NCBI GenBank assembly: GCA_963666985.2
Contig: CAXXIA010000001.1
Span: 96,001-160,000 of the forward strand
From: Spirochaetia bacterium
GTDB lineage: Bacteria > Spirochaetota > Spirochaetia > DSM-2461
DNA: 64,000 nucleotides
Direction of reading: 5' to 3'
Positions 33,540-44,448 of this stretch are shown here, one piece after another. How positions within the stretch are numbered: position 1 is the first letter of the stretch; each line of letters starts with the position of its first letter. The notes below the pieces were generated by a model. The model was not told the DNA's origin. It worked only from the letters and a program-made list of their open reading frames with translations, and made no database searches. A program made the position numbers and the translations under genes.

Positions 33540-34027
33540 TTGCTTGAAGTCGATCCGGAGAGTTTTTAACTGATCCGGATTTATTTAAGGTACAACCCGA
33601 AACGCTTTAAACGGCGTTGAGGATTGCGCATTCGAGGGGTGAGTTGATCTCCCGAATGTTTGAGAACGGTCGATTTTGAATCGGCCGAACCCTCGCGGAA
33701 TGCCCGCTTTTCTCGTGGAGAATTGCTGGGCCGCTTTCGGCCGAGGATGATCTTTCCGGATGATTGTTTGTTGGACGAACCGGGGTTTTAACTCCAGGCG
33801 AAGAACAGATGCAGTCGGCGGCAAGTCTTCTTCCTTTGCGGTACGTGTGAGGTGGAATCATGCGTCTGCGTCCGTTTGCGTTAATTCCGTAAAAAAATAG
33901 CTGTTGAGACGGTATCGGCTTCGTGTCGGTATCTTCGATCTTCAGGATCGTACCGTCAGCAGATATGGACAGTCTCCGGAAGCGGGACTGCTGAATCTAT
34001 TTTCCATGTAGCCGTAGGAGGATATTC

Positions 34028-35215
34028 ATGGCTAAGGAGAAATTTGAAAGGACGAAGCCGCATATCAATGTCGGTACTATCGGCCACGTAGATCATGGTA
34101 AGACCACCCTGACCGCCGCTATTACCATGTATAGCGCCGCGAAAAACGGTGGCAAGGTGATGAGTTACGAGGATATCGACAACGCTCCCGAAGAAAAAGA
34201 GCGCGGTATCACCATTAATACCCGTCACGTTGAGTATGAAACCGCCACTCGGCATTATGCTCACGTCGACTGCCCGGGACATGCGGACTATATCAAGAAC
34301 ATGATTACCGGTGCCGCTCAGATGGACGGTGCCGTTCTTTTGGTTGCCGCCGATTCCGGTCCTGAGCCCCAGACCAGAGAGCATATTCTTTTGGCCCATC
34401 AGGTCGGTGTTCCCAAGATGATCGTTTTCATGAACAAAATGGACCTTGCCGACCCCGAACTGGTCGACCTGGTTGAAATGGAAGTTCAGGAACTCTTGAG
34501 CGAGTACGGTTTCTCCGGAGACGAAACTCCCATTATTAAGGGTTCCGCGTTCGAGGCGATGACGAATATCGACGACGCCGAGAAAACAAAGTGCATTCAG
34601 GAACTTCTGGATGCCATGGACTCTTATTTCCCGATTCCCGAACGTGCTATTGATAAGCCGTTCCTGATGCCCATCGAAGACGTGTTCTCCATTTCCGGAC
34701 GCGGTACCGTTGTTACCGGACGTGTTGAAGGCGGAATCATTCACGTCGGAGACGAGGTGGAAATCATCGGAATCAAAGAAACCCAGAAAACCACCTGTAC
34801 CGGTGTTGAAATGTTCAACAAACTTCTTGATGAAGGTCAGGCCGGTGATAATATCGGTGCTCTTCTTCGCGGTATCGACAAGAAGGCCGTTGAGCGCGGT
34901 CAGGTTCTGGCCAAGCCCGGTTCCATTAAGCCTCATGCCAAGTTCAAGGCTGCCGTTTATGCCCTGACCAAGGAAGAGGGTGGCCGGCATAATCCGTTCT
35001 TCAGCGGTTATCGTCCCCAGTTCTATTTCCGGACGACCGATATCACCGGTACCGTAACCCTGCCCGAAGATAAGCAGATGGTTATGCCCGGCGACAATAC
35101 GGCAATCACCGTTGAGCTGATTCACCCCATCGCCATGGATCCCGGCCTTAGGTTCGCTATCCGTGAAGGCGGCAGAACCGTTGCCTCCGGTCAGGTGACC
35201 GAGGTTACCGAATAA
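34028..35215 (+). CDS. tuf: Elongation factor Tu
   Basis: [20 protein letters not shown]. Confidence 0.99.
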   Translation: MAKEKFERTKPHINVGTIGHVDHGKTTLTAAITMYSAAKNGGKVMSYEDIDNAPEEKERGITINTRHVEYETATRHYAHVDCPGHADYIKNMITGAAQMDGAVLLVAADSGPEPQTREHILLAHQVGVPKMIVFMNKMDLADPELVDLVEMEVQELLSEYGFSGDETPIIKGSAFEAMTNIDDAEKTKCIQELLDAMDSYFPIPERAIDKPFLMPIEDVFSISGRGTVVTGRVEGGIIHVGDEVEIIGIKETQKTTCTGVEMFNKLLDEGQAGDNIGALLRGIDKKAVERGQVLAKPGSIKPHAKFKAAVYALTKEEGGRHNPFFSGYRPQFYFRTTDITGTVTLPEDKQMVMPGDNTAITVELIHPIAMDPGLRFAIREGGRTVASGQVTEVTE

Positions 35216-35288
35216 AAATTATCTGGAATTGAGTTGATCCCCGCCGGTTTTTAAAATCGGCGGGGAAGCTTATAGAGGAGCAAAGGCA

Positions 35289-35591
35289 ATGGAGAAAATA
35301 CGCGTCCGGCTCAGAGGCTTTGACGTTGAATTGATCGAGCAGAGTGCGCGGGCCATTGTGGATACAGTTCAGAAACAGGGCACCAAGGTTTCCGGACCTG
35401 TTCCCCTGCCGACGAAAATTAACAAGTACACCGTTCTCAAGTCGCCCTTCGTGAATAAAAAATCCCGCGAACAGTTCGAGATGCGCACTCACAAGAGGCT
35501 GATCGATATCCTTGAGCCAACCTCCGCTGTTATGGATGCCCTCATGAAGCTCGAGCTTCCCGCCGGTGTCGATGTGGAAATCAAGCAATAG
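35289..35591 (+). CDS. rpsJ: 30S ribosomal protein S10
   Basis: 'GPVPLPT','[15 protein letters not shown]'. Confidence 0.97.
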   Translation: MEKIRVRLRGFDVELIEQSARAIVDTVQKQGTKVSGPVPLPTKINKYTVLKSPFVNKKSREQFEMRTHKRLIDILEPTSAVMDALMKLELPAGVDVEIKQ

Positions 35592-35611
35592 GTCGGGACG
35601 GAGCAAGAAAT

Positions 35612-36235
35612 ATGATCGGATTGATCGGAAAAAAAGTGGGGATGACCCAAATCTTTGACGAAGACGGAACGCTGACGCCGGTTACCGTAATCGAGGTGGT
35701 ACCCAATGTGGTTCTCGATCAGCGGGATGAAGAAAACCACGGCTACAGTGCCGTAGTACTCGGCGCGCTGGACAAAAAGGCCTCTCGCGTCTCAAAGCCA
35801 GTGGCCGGTCAGTTCAAAGAAGGGACCTCTCCGAAGAAGCATATCGTTGAATTTCGCGATTTTGGAAAAGATTGCGCGATCGGCGACTCCCTGGGCTTGG
35901 AACTTTTTAACGATTTGCGTTTTGTGGATGTCGTTGGAACTTCCAAGGGTAAGGGATATCAGGGCGTTATGAAACGCCATAATTTCGGTGGCGGTCGTGC
36001 GACGCACGGTTCCAAGTTTCATCGGGCGAACGGATCGACGGGAATGGCCGCTTGGCCTTCTAAGGTTATCAAGGGTACGAAAATGCCCGGCCGGATGGGC
36101 GGTGAGAAAAGTACCGTTCAGAACTTGAGAATCGTGAAGATCGACCAGGATAAGAACGTTATGCTCGTCAAAGGCGCCGTCCCCGGAAGCCGCGACAGTA
36201 TCGTGATTGTCCGCCAGGCCAAGAAGCGGAAATAG
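35612..36235 (+). CDS. rplC: 50S ribosomal protein L3
   Basis: 'GKKVGMTQIF','SKGKGYQGVMKRH'. Confidence 0.97.
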   Translation: MIGLIGKKVGMTQIFDEDGTLTPVTVIEVVPNVVLDQRDEENHGYSAVVLGALDKKASRVSKPVAGQFKEGTSPKKHIVEFRDFGKDCAIGDSLGLELFNDLRFVDVVGTSKGKGYQGVMKRHNFGGGRATHGSKFHRANGSTGMAAWPSKVIKGTKMPGRMGGEKSTVQNLRIVKIDQDKNVMLVKGAVPGSRDSIVIVRQAKKRK

Positions 36236-36249
36236 GAGAATCGAGAATA

Positions 36250-36873
36250 ATGGACAAGGCGGTCTATTCCAAAGAGGGCAAGGAGCTCCGGACCATCGAA
36301 CTCGATGATTCAGTTTTCGCCCACGAAGTCAGTGAAGGCTGTATTTGGCATGCCATTCGAAATGAACTTGCCAATAAGCGGCAAGGAACCGCTAAAGTGA
36401 AAACCCGGCGTGAAGTAAAAGGCTCCACGGCGAAACCTTGGCGGCAGAAAGGCACGGGACGAGCCCGCGCCGGTCGTCGAAAAAGCCCTCTGTGGCGCGG
36501 CGGCGGTGTGATTTTCGGGCCTCATCCCAGAGATTATTCTTATACCTTGCCGAAGAAGATTAAACGGCTGGCCATGAAGAGCATACTCAGTCTGAAAGCC
36601 GGTGAAGAGACATTTCGCGTAATTGAGGATTTTTCTGTTGAGACCGGTAAAACGCGGGAGTTGGCGAGCATACTGAAGAACTTCCCCAATGAAGGACGAA
36701 CAATCGTTATTCTTGGCGAAGATGACAACATGACCAAAAGAGCCGGCAATAACATAAAGGATTTATATTTCCTAACGTACAATAGGCTTAGAGCTCACGA
36801 TCTCTACTACGGAAACAATATCCTCGTTCTTGAAGGCGCCGCGAAAAAGCTCGGCGAGTTTTACGGGGGTTAA
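36250..36873 (+). CDS. rplD: 50S ribosomal protein L4
   Basis: 'KPWRQKGTGRARAG'. Confidence 0.97.
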   Translation: MDKAVYSKEGKELRTIELDDSVFAHEVSEGCIWHAIRNELANKRQGTAKVKTRREVKGSTAKPWRQKGTGRARAGRRKSPLWRGGGVIFGPHPRDYSYTLPKKIKRLAMKSILSLKAGEETFRVIEDFSVETGKTRELASILKNFPNEGRTIVILGEDDNMTKRAGNNIKDLYFLTYNRLRAHDLYYGNNILVLEGAAKKLGEFYGG

Positions 36874-36875
36874 TT

Positions 36876-37190
36876 GTGGAAGCCAGAGATATCATCATCG
36901 AGCCGGTCCTGACGGAAAAATCGAACATGATGCGCGAAGGCGAAGTGAAAACCTATGTCTTTAAAGTGGCCAAAAATGCCAACAAAATCATGGTTATGCG
37001 CGCCGTAAAGGATCTATTTGATGTCAAGCCGACCGATTGCAGGATTATAAATGTCCACAGCAAAGTTCGGCATAACAGAGCTGTTTCACGAAACAGTTTT
37101 CGACGCGGCTTCGGCCGCACGGCCGCCTGGAAAAAGGCGATGGTTACCCTGGATAAAGGGCAGACCATCGATGTCTTTGAAGGCGCATAG
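36876..37190 (+). CDS. rplW: 50S ribosomal protein L23
   Basis: 'PVLTEKS','WKKAMVTL'; GTG start. Confidence 0.95.
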   Translation: MEARDIIIEPVLTEKSNMMREGEVKTYVFKVAKNANKIMVMRAVKDLFDVKPTDCRIINVHSKVRHNRAVSRNSFRRGFGRTAAWKKAMVTLDKGQTIDVFEGA

Positions 37191-37206
37191 GAGAGGGTAG
37201 AAGACC

Positions 37207-38031
37207 ATGGGAGTAAAAACCTATAACCCGACAACACCCTCGCAGCGTTTCCATCAGAGCCTGGATAACGGCGATCTGGCGAAAAAGCGCCCGGAGAAAT
37301 CACTCTCCAGAGGAATGTCGTCCCAGGCCGGACGCGGTGCAGGCGGTCGGATTTCCGTTCGGCGCCGAGGCGGGGGCCATAAGAGGAAATATCGGATCAT
37401 CGATTTTAAGCGTGACAAATTCGGGATTCCCGGAAAGGTCGCCTACATCGAATACGATCCCAACCGCAGCGCCAACATTGCCCTGATTTATTACGCGGAT
37501 GGAGAGAAGCGTTACATTCTTTGTCCCAAGGGACTGGATGTCGGTGCCGTCGTTATGAGCGGAGCACAAGCGCCTATTGAAGTGGGAAACAGCCTGCCGC
37601 TGGATTCCATCCCCGTCGGCCGAACCGTTCATGCGGTCGAACTGACCAAGGGTAAGGGCGCGCAATTGATTCGATCCGCCGGAGGCGGAGCTCAGATTCA
37701 GGCTAAAGACGGCGAATACGTCACGCTGAAACTTTCCTCGGGCGAGATGCGAATGGTCCATAAATCCTGCATCGCCACAATCGGCGAAGTAGGCAATGAA
37801 GATCATATGAATACAAAGATCGGTAAAGCCGGTCGAAGCCGCTGGATGGGCAATCGGCCCAAAGTGCGCGGCGTTGTTATGAATCCCGTAGACCATCCTC
37901 ACGGAGGCGGTGAAGGCCGTACATCCGGCGGACGTCATCCGGTAACCCCGTGGGGAAAACCGACTAAAGGCGGGAAAACGCGTAAAAAGCATAAGTCGTC
38001 CAATAAGTTCATTGTGAAGCGGCGGAAGTAG
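37207..38031 (+). CDS. rplB: 50S ribosomal protein L2
   Basis: 'IEYDPNRSA','[13 protein letters not shown]'. Confidence 0.98.
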   Translation: MGVKTYNPTTPSQRFHQSLDNGDLAKKRPEKSLSRGMSSQAGRGAGGRISVRRRGGGHKRKYRIIDFKRDKFGIPGKVAYIEYDPNRSANIALIYYADGEKRYILCPKGLDVGAVVMSGAQAPIEVGNSLPLDSIPVGRTVHAVELTKGKGAQLIRSAGGGAQIQAKDGEYVTLKLSSGEMRMVHKSCIATIGEVGNEDHMNTKIGKAGRSRWMGNRPKVRGVVMNPVDHPHGGGEGRTSGGRHPVTPWGKPTKGGKTRKKHKSSNKFIVKRRK

Positions 38032-38040
38032 GAGTAGCGA

Positions 38041-38322
38041 ATGTCCCGATCAATAAAGAAAGGGCCCTTCGTGGCCAAGAGCTTGTATAAAAAGGTGATC
38101 GAACAAAATAAAGGCGGGAGCAAAGGCATGATTAAAACCTGGTCCCGTTCTTCAACGATTATCCCCGAGATGGTAGGTCTTACACTTTCCGTTTACAACG
38201 GAAAGACTTTCGTCCCGGTCTACGTAACCGAGAACCTTGTCGGTCACAAGCTCGGAGAGTTCTCTCCCACCCGGTTGTTCCGGGGCCACGCGGGTTCCGA
38301 CAAAAAAGGCAAGAGGCGCTAG
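38041..38322 (+). CDS. rpsS: 30S ribosomal protein S19
   Basis: 'SRSIKKGPF','[11 protein letters not shown]'. Confidence 0.97.
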   Translation: MSRSIKKGPFVAKSLYKKVIEQNKGGSKGMIKTWSRSSTIIPEMVGLTLSVYNGKTFVPVYVTENLVGHKLGEFSPTRLFRGHAGSDKKGKRR

Positions 38323-38335
38323 GAGGCCAATGAAG

Positions 38336-38692
38336 ATGGAAGCGAAGAAAGGTTTCCGGGCAATTGCCAAAAACCTGCCGATGTCGCCTTCGAAGATTCG
38401 GCCCATTGCGGATCATGTCAGGCGAAAGAAAGTTGTGGAGGCGGTCGCCATCCTTGAGTCTCTGCCTCATAAGGGAGCCGGTTATCTAAAGAAGGTTATC
38501 GAGTCCGCGGCGGCCAATGCTATGTACCAGGATCAAAACGTCGATGAAGAGAATCTTTATGTCGCCGAACTGCTGGTGGATGGCGGACCAAGCCGAAAAA
38601 CCATTTGGCCCCGGAGTCATGGACGGGCGGATCGGCAGATCAAGCGTTCGAGCCATATTTCGGTGGTTCTCGATCAGAAGGCGGTAAACTGA
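38336..38692 (+). CDS. rplV: 50S ribosomal protein L22
   Basis: 'SPSKIRPIAD','SAAANA','GRAD..IKRSSHI'; start 38336 (alternative 38330). Confidence 0.95.
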   Translation: MEAKKGFRAIAKNLPMSPSKIRPIADHVRRKKVVEAVAILESLPHKGAGYLKKVIESAAANAMYQDQNVDEENLYVAELLVDGGPSRKTIWPRSHGRADRQIKRSSHISVVLDQKAVN

Positions 38693-39399
38693 TGGGACAG
38701 AAAGTCAATCCCTACGGATTTAGGCTGGGGATAAACAAGGATTGGAAATCTCGCTGGTATGTAGGACCCAAGGATTATGCGAAGACTCTCCATGAAGATT
38801 TGCGACTCAGAAAAGCCTTGCTTGAAAGTCCCGAAGCCAAGGGTGCCGATATCGCGAATGTCGAGATTGTCAGGCAGCCGACTCGGGTAACAATGACCAT
38901 TGAAACCGCACGTCCGGGCGTTATCATCGGTGCCAAGGGCGCCAATATTGAAAAGGTAACCGGTCGGCTTCAGAAACTCACCGACAAAAAGGTGAGCGTT
39001 AAGATTAAAGAAATTAAGAAGCCTGATACCGATGCGCAGATCATTGCTCATAACATTGCTCGGCAGCTCAAAAGCCGCGCGGCGTTCAGACGAACTCTGA
39101 AAATGGCCGTGCAGAACGCCATGCGGGGCGGAGTTCAGGGAATTAAGGTGAAGATTTCGGGTCGTCTCGGCGGCGCCGATATGAGCCGTGTCCTCGAGCT
39201 TAAAGAGGGCCGAGTTCCTCTTCATACCTTGAGAGCCGACATCGATTACGGTTTTGCCGAATCCATAACAACCTTCGGCGTTATCGGCGTTAAGGTTTGG
39301 GTGTTCAACGGTGAACTTCTGGGGCATGAGCAGAAGGAAGACGCCGGGCAGCTAGTCAGTACTCGGCGAGACGGTCGTGGGAGGAGAGACGATGCTTAG
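38692..39399 (+). CDS. rpsC: 30S ribosomal protein S3
   Basis: '[13 protein letters not shown]','[14 protein letters not shown]'; TGATG overlap with rplV. Confidence 0.97.
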   Translation: MGQKVNPYGFRLGINKDWKSRWYVGPKDYAKTLHEDLRLRKALLESPEAKGADIANVEIVRQPTRVTMTIETARPGVIIGAKGANIEKVTGRLQKLTDKKVSVKIKEIKKPDTDAQIIAHNIARQLKSRAAFRRTLKMAVQNAMRGGVQGIKVKISGRLGGADMSRVLELKEGRVPLHTLRADIDYGFAESITTFGVIGVKVWVFNGELLGHEQKEDAGQLVSTRRDGRGRRDDA

Positions 39400-39817
39400 C
39401 CCGAAGAGAGTTAAATATCGAAAAACCCACCGCGGTCGAGCCATTCCTCATGCAAAGAGGGCTCAATCGGGAAATGCCATTAATTTTGGTGATTTCGCTT
39501 TGGTTTCCATGGAGAATTATCAGATAACGGCCCGACAGATTGAAGCCGCCCGTATTGCAATGACTCGTCATATCAAGAGAGGCGGAAAAGTTTGGATTCG
39601 GGTATTCCCGAATATCCCCTATACCAAGAAACCCGCCGAAACCCGCATGGGTAAAGGTAAGGGAAATCCTGAGTGGTGGGTTGCCGCCGTTAAGCCGGGT
39701 ACCGTTATGTTCGAAATCGCCGGTGTCGATGCGGAACTGGCAATGCGTGCCATGCAGTTGGCCGGCAGTAAATTGCCGATCAAAACAAAATTCGTGGAAC
39801 GTCATCACGCGGGGTAG
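39392..39817 (+). CDS. rplP: 50S ribosomal protein L16
   Basis: '[11 protein letters not shown]','TRMGKGKG'. Confidence 0.97.
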   Translation: MLSPKRVKYRKTHRGRAIPHAKRAQSGNAINFGDFALVSMENYQITARQIEAARIAMTRHIKRGGKVWIRVFPNIPYTKKPAETRMGKGKGNPEWWVAAVKPGTVMFEIAGVDAELAMRAMQLAGSKLPIKTKFVERHHAG

Positions 39818-39824
39818 GTGAAAG

Positions 39825-40025
39825 ATGAAACAGACCTTTAACGACCTGACGATGGATGAGCTCGTCGCAAAACGGGAAGAACTCTCCATAAAGATGAAAG
39901 ATTTGCGATTTGAGATGGTGATGGGACATGTCGAGAATCCGTTGGAGAAGAGAACTCTTCGAAGGCAGATCGCCAGACTGAACACCATGATCCAAGAACA
40001 TAAAACAGGAATCCGGAAGGCGTAG
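39825..40025 (+). CDS. rpmC: 50S ribosomal protein L29
   Basis: '[10 protein letters not shown]'; operon position. Confidence 0.93.
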   Translation: MKQTFNDLTMDELVAKREELSIKMKDLRFEMVMGHVENPLEKRTLRRQIARLNTMIQEHKTGIRKA

Positions 40026-40029
40026 CCGT

Positions 40030-40290
40030 ATGGAAGCAAAGAAGAGCAATAAGAAGACCTTCACCGGGACTGTGGTGAGCGATAAGATGGACAAAACCGT
40101 TACGGTTTTGGTATCCACCAGACAGCTTCATCCGCTGTACAAGAAGTACATCACCCGTTCGAAGAAGTATAAGGCTCATGACGAGAAGAATGACGCTCAT
40201 GAAGGCGATACCGTTCGTATTATTGAGAGTCGTCCCGTGAGCCGGGACAAGCGATGGCGGCTTTTGGAAGTCGTCGAACGCGCCAAGTAG
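40030..40290 (+). CDS. rpsQ: 30S ribosomal protein S17
   Basis: '[11 protein letters not shown]','HPLYKK'. Confidence 0.97.
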   Translation: MEAKKSNKKTFTGTVVSDKMDKTVTVLVSTRQLHPLYKKYITRSKKYKAHDEKNDAHEGDTVRIIESRPVSRDKRWRLLEVVERAK

Positions 40291-40300
40291 GAGAAGAGCG

Positions 40301-40669
40301 ATGATTCAAATGCAATCGTTCATGAATGTCGCCGATAATTCCGGCGCAAAGCGTGTTCAGACAATTAAGGTTCTGGGAGGCAGTCACAGGCGATACGCAA
40401 CAATCGGCGATATCGTTGTGGTGACCGTTAAAGACGCACTTCCCAATGCGCCCATTAAAAAGGGCGACGTGAAGAAGGCCGTTATCGTCAGAACGCATAA
40501 AGAATATCGCCGCGAAGACGGTACGTATATTCGTTTCGACGACAATGCCTGTGTTATTGTCGACGCGGCGGGCAATCCCGTCGGGAAACGAATCTTCGGG
40601 CCGGTTGCCCGGGAGCTTCGGGATTACGACTACATGAAAATCGTTTCCCTTGCGCCCGAGGTGCTGTAG
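40301..40669 (+). CDS. rplN: 50S ribosomal protein L14
   Basis: 'VADNSGAK','[10 protein letters not shown]'. Confidence 0.98.
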   Translation: MIQMQSFMNVADNSGAKRVQTIKVLGGSHRRYATIGDIVVVTVKDALPNAPIKKGDVKKAVIVRTHKEYRREDGTYIRFDDNACVIVDAAGNPVGKRIFGPVARELRDYDYMKIVSLAPEVL

Positions 40670-40686
40670 GAAGAGGCAGTAAAGAT

Positions 40687-40995
40687 ATGAAAACCAAGCT
40701 GAAAAAAGGCGATCAGGTTCAGATCATCACCGGGAAGGATAAGGGCAAGAAAGGACGCATCCTCCGGATCGACAGATTGACCGGAAAAGTCATTGTCGAA
40801 GGCCTCAATATGGTGAAAAAAACCCAGCGCCCTAAGAGCCAGAACGACAAGGGCGGCATTATTGAAATTGAAGCCGCCATTCCTGCGTCCAATGTTCAGG
40901 TTCTTTGCAAGAAATGCGGAATAACACGAATCACGATGAAAATCGACGGAGATTCCAAGACTCGTGTATGCCGTAAGTGCGGGGAGGTCTTGTAA
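40687..40995 (+). CDS. rplX: 50S ribosomal protein L24
   Basis: KOW '[18 protein letters not shown]'. Confidence 0.96.
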   Translation: MKTKLKKGDQVQIITGKDKGKKGRILRIDRLTGKVIVEGLNMVKKTQRPKSQNDKGGIIEIEAAIPASNVQVLCKKCGITRITMKIDGDSKTRVCRKCGEVL

Positions 40996-41735
40996 TGGCT
41001 GACGAACAAAAGGATGCCGTGAAAGCGGATCAGGATAAATCGAGCGTAAACAGTGCGGCCGCGGATAATCAAAGTTCCGAGAAGAAAGCCGCGCCGAAAA
41101 AGACTTCGGCGAAGAAAGCCGAAGTGAAAGACGATGAATCCAAAAAGCCGGCGGCTAAGAAATCCGCTTCCAAAAAGGTCGAAAAAGGATACGAAGCCCG
41201 CCTTAAGGTTCGATATTCGGAACAGATTTTTGATGAGCTGAAAAAGGAATTCGGTTTTAAGAGCCCCATGCAGATTCCTAAGCTTGAAAAAATCATCGTA
41301 TCCGCAGGTGTCGGTGATTCGATAACGAATAAAAAGTTTCTTGATTCGGTTGTAACGGAAATTGAGCAGATTACGGGTCAGAAGGTCCTTAAGACCAAAG
41401 CCCGAAAATCCATAGCGAATTTTAAAATCCGAGAAGGAATGGAAATCGGTGCCAAGGTAACCCTTCGCGGAAACCGAATGTACGAATTCCTTGATCGGCT
41501 TGTGAATGTGGCCCTTCCGCGGGTTAAAGACTTCAGGGGTGTTAATCCCAAAGCCTTCGACGGACGGGGCAATTACAGCCTTGGAATCGACGAGCAGATT
41601 ATTTTCCCTGAGATTGATTATGACAAGATCGAACGGGTGAGGGGCCTCAACGTGGCCATCGTAACGACCGCGCCGAACGATGAACAGGCTAAGAGTTTGC
41701 TGGCTAAGTTCGGAATGCCTTTTAGTAAGGAGTAA
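40995..41735 (+). CDS. rplE: 50S ribosomal protein L5 with long N-terminal extension
   Basis: '[10 protein letters not shown]','FDGRGNY'; TAATG overlap with rplX after GGAGG. Confidence 0.95.
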   Translation: MADEQKDAVKADQDKSSVNSAAADNQSSEKKAAPKKTSAKKAEVKDDESKKPAAKKSASKKVEKGYEARLKVRYSEQIFDELKKEFGFKSPMQIPKLEKIIVSAGVGDSITNKKFLDSVVTEIEQITGQKVLKTKARKSIANFKIREGMEIGAKVTLRGNRMYEFLDRLVNVALPRVKDFRGVNPKAFDGRGNYSLGIDEQIIFPEIDYDKIERVRGLNVAIVTTAPNDEQAKSLLAKFGMPFSKE

Positions 41736-41738
41736 GCG

Positions 41739-41924
41739 ATGGCCAAGAAATCAATGATCATCAAGGCCCAGCGCAAGCCGAAGTATATGACGAGGACCGT
41801 CAGGCGATGTAAGGTCTGCGGACGGCCGCGAGGTTATATGAGAAAATTCGATATGTGCCGGATTTGCTTCCGCAAGCTCGCTAACGAAGGCATGATTCCC
41901 GGCGTAACCAAGTCCAGCTGGTAG
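41739..41924 (+). CDS. rpsN: 30S ribosomal protein S14, Zn-binding short type
   Basis: 61 aa, CKVCGR...CRICFR. Confidence 0.96.
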   Translation: MAKKSMIIKAQRKPKYMTRTVRRCKVCGRPRGYMRKFDMCRICFRKLANEGMIPGVTKSSW

Positions 41925-41939
41925 CAGGAGATTAGATTA

Positions 41940-42338
41940 ATGAGTGTTACTGATCCAGTCGCCGACATGCTGACCAAGATTCGGAACGGTGCTTCGGCGA
42001 AACACGAGAAGGTCGATATACGTCCTTCAAAGCTCAAGATGGAAATCATTAAGATCTTGAAGAATGAAGGCTATGTAAAGAACTTCAAAAAGGTCACCCA
42101 GGATGATATTGACGTTATTCGGGTGTTTCTCAAGTATGATGAGGGATCGAATTCCATTATACACGGACTAAAAACCGTTTCGACTCCGGGACGCCGGGTA
42201 TATTCCGGATATAAGAACATTCCCAGAGTCTACAACGGCCTTGGAACCGTGATTGTTTCGACTTCCTCCGGCGTCATTACCGGCAAAAAAGCCGTCGCCA
42301 ACAAGGTGGGTGGCGAGATTATTTGTACGGTTTGGTAG
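41940..42338 (+). CDS. rpsH: 30S ribosomal protein S8
   Basis: '[12 protein letters not shown]','STPGRRVY'. Confidence 0.97.
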   Translation: MSVTDPVADMLTKIRNGASAKHEKVDIRPSKLKMEIIKILKNEGYVKNFKKVTQDDIDVIRVFLKYDEGSNSIIHGLKTVSTPGRRVYSGYKNIPRVYNGLGTVIVSTSSGVITGKKAVANKVGGEIICTVW

Positions 42339-42351
42339 GGAGGATTCGAAT

Positions 42352-42891
42352 ATGTCACGAATTGGATTGCAGCCGGTAATCGTCCCTAAGGGCGTAACCG
42401 TAACCGTTGAGAACAACATTCTCAAGGTGAAGGGCGGCAAAGGGGAATTGACGCAGTCATTCGTTCCTCTGGTGGAGTTTTCCGTAAACGAAGGGGAAAT
42501 TCTCGTAAGCCGAAAAAGTGAGTCCAAGCAGGCCAAGAGTATGCATGGTCTCTACCGATCCCTTCTGAACAATATGGTGGTGGGAGTCAGTCAGGGCTAT
42601 TCACGAAATCTCGTCATTAACGGCGTCGGTTATCGTGCTGAAGCCAAGGGCAAGATTCTTCTTCTGAATCTCGGTTATTCGACGCAAATCGAGTATGAGG
42701 TTCCCGAGGGTGTTCAGGTTGCCGTGGAAGGGAATAATAAAGTTTCCGTCAGCGGTATCGACAAAACCCTTGTCGGACAAGTTGCCGCCGAAATCCGCGG
42801 ACTCCGCCCCCCCGAACCTTACAAGGGCAAGGGGATCCGATATGAAAATGAGAACGTCCGCCGGAAAGTCGGCAAAAGCGGCGTGAAGTAG
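42352..42891 (+). CDS. rplF: 50S ribosomal protein L6
   Basis: 'MSRIG','RPPEPYKGKGIRY'; start at 42352. Confidence 0.97.
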   Translation: MSRIGLQPVIVPKGVTVTVENNILKVKGGKGELTQSFVPLVEFSVNEGEILVSRKSESKQAKSMHGLYRSLLNNMVVGVSQGYSRNLVINGVGYRAEAKGKILLLNLGYSTQIEYEVPEGVQVAVEGNNKVSVSGIDKTLVGQVAAEIRGLRPPEPYKGKGIRYENENVRRKVGKSGVK

Positions 42892-42897
42892 GTAAGT

Positions 42898-43257
42898 ATG
42901 GCTAGGCTGAATGAAAAATGGGCGAAGCATACACAAAGGAAGCGTCGGGTTCGTAAAAAGATTTCCGGCACCGCCGAACGTCCGCGCCTGACGGTTTTTA
43001 AGAGTCACAAGAATATCAGTGTCCAGGCGATTGATGATTCAACCGGACGAACACTGGCGGCCGTCTCCACGTTGGAGAAGGATCTTGCGAACGTGAAACG
43101 GTCCGTCGAGGGCGGGAAAGTTATCGGACAAAAAATCGCCGAGCGGCTTAAGGCCGTTAAGGTGAAGACCGTTGTCTTCGATAGGAACGGCTATCACTAT
43201 CATGGGATCGTGAAGGCCGTGGCCGAAGGGGCCCGTGAGTCGGGCCTGGAATTTTAG
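42898..43257 (+). CDS. rplR: 50S ribosomal protein L18
   Basis: 'RPRLTVFKS','VFDRNGYHYHG'. Confidence 0.96.
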   Translation: MARLNEKWAKHTQRKRRVRKKISGTAERPRLTVFKSHKNISVQAIDDSTGRTLAAVSTLEKDLANVKRSVEGGKVIGQKIAERLKAVKVKTVVFDRNGYHYHGIVKAVAEGARESGLEF

Positions 43258-43266
43258 GAGTCGGGC

Positions 43267-43770
43267 ATGGCAATGAGAGAACGAACCGAAGAAAAGGAAT
43301 TTACCGAGAAGCTGATCAGGCTGAATCGCGTCTCCAAGGCCGTTAAAGGTGGGCGAAAAATGTCTTTCAGCGCACTGATGGTGGTCGGCGACGGTAAGGG
43401 CCGGGTCGGATACGGTTTCGGTAAGGCCAATGATGTTTCCGAGGCTATCCGTAAAAGTGTGGATAAAGCCAAGAAAAACATGATTGTAATTCCCCTTAAA
43501 AAGACCACACTTCCGCATGAGATTCTGGGTCAGTATAAAAGTGCTTCGGTTCTGCTGAAGCCGGCGGCTCCCGGTACCGGTATTATTGCCGGCGGTCCGG
43601 TGCGGGCCATCATGGAGGCGGCTGGCGTTCATGATATTCTGGCAAAGAGTCTCGGTTCAAAGAACACGATGAACATTGTTAAAGGTGTGTTCGCCGGTTT
43701 TGAGAACTTAATGGAGGCGCCTAAAATCGCCGCCGGTCGTGGGAAAACCGTCAAGGATATTTGGGGCTGA
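43267..43770 (+). CDS. rpsE: 30S ribosomal protein S5
   Basis: '[10 protein letters not shown]','PGTGIIAGG'. Confidence 0.97.
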   Translation: MAMRERTEEKEFTEKLIRLNRVSKAVKGGRKMSFSALMVVGDGKGRVGYGFGKANDVSEAIRKSVDKAKKNMIVIPLKKTTLPHEILGQYKSASVLLKPAAPGTGIIAGGPVRAIMEAAGVHDILAKSLGSKNTMNIVKGVFAGFENLMEAPKIAAGRGKTVKDIWG

Positions 43771-43772
43771 TT

Positions 43773-43964
43773 ATGGCGAAAAAGGAATCGAAAATTCGTG
43801 TCACCTTAGTTCGAAGTCCCATCGGGCGTAAACCCGAGCAGCGGGCTACGGTTAAGGCGCTTGGATTAGGGAAAATGAACTCTTCCGTTGAAAAAACGGC
43901 CGATAATGCCGTTTTAGGGATGGTTAAGTCCATTTCTCATCTTGTCAAAGTGGAGGAGCTGTAG
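43773..43964 (+). CDS. rpmD: 50S ribosomal protein L30
   Basis: 'VTLVRSPIG','TVKALGL'. Confidence 0.94.
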   Translation: MAKKESKIRVTLVRSPIGRKPEQRATVKALGLGKMNSSVEKTADNAVLGMVKSISHLVKVEEL

Positions 43965-43967
43965 TTT

Positions 43968-44441
43968 ATGAGTGCTAATACTCTTCGAGCGCCGAGCGGT
44001 GCCTCCAAGAAAAAAAGAATAGTCGGACGCGGACGTTCATCGGGTTCGGGTAAAACTTCCGGAAAGGGACATAAGGGTCAGAAGGCCCGTTCCGGCGGCG
44101 GAGTTCGTCCCGGCTTCGAAGGCGGCCAGATGCCGATTTACAGGCGGGTCGCCGCAAAGGGGTTTTCCAACCATCCTTTTAAAAAAGAGTATGTTGTCGT
44201 GAATGTGGCCGCTCTGGAAAAAGTATTTTCCGACGGCGAAATCGTTTCTCTTGAAACATTGGTGCAGAAAGGCCTGGTGAAAAAGAGCGAAAAACGCGTC
44301 AAGATTCTCGGAGTTGGAGAACTGAAAAAGAAGCTGAGCGTGGAAATCTCCGCAGTTTCGGCTTCCGCAAAAGAAAAAATCGAAAAGGCCGGCGGCAAGC
44401 TTGTAGAGACGGTTGCCGACAATCAATCAACGGAACAGTAG
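43968..44441 (+). CDS. rplO: 50S ribosomal protein L15
   Basis: 'GKGHKGQKARSG','GFEGGQMP'. Confidence 0.97.
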   Translation: MSANTLRAPSGASKKKRIVGRGRSSGSGKTSGKGHKGQKARSGGGVRPGFEGGQMPIYRRVAAKGFSNHPFKKEYVVVNVAALEKVFSDGEIVSLETLVQKGLVKKSEKRVKILGVGELKKKLSVEISAVSASAKEKIEKAGGKLVETVADNQSTEQ

Positions 44442-44448
44442 GATACCG

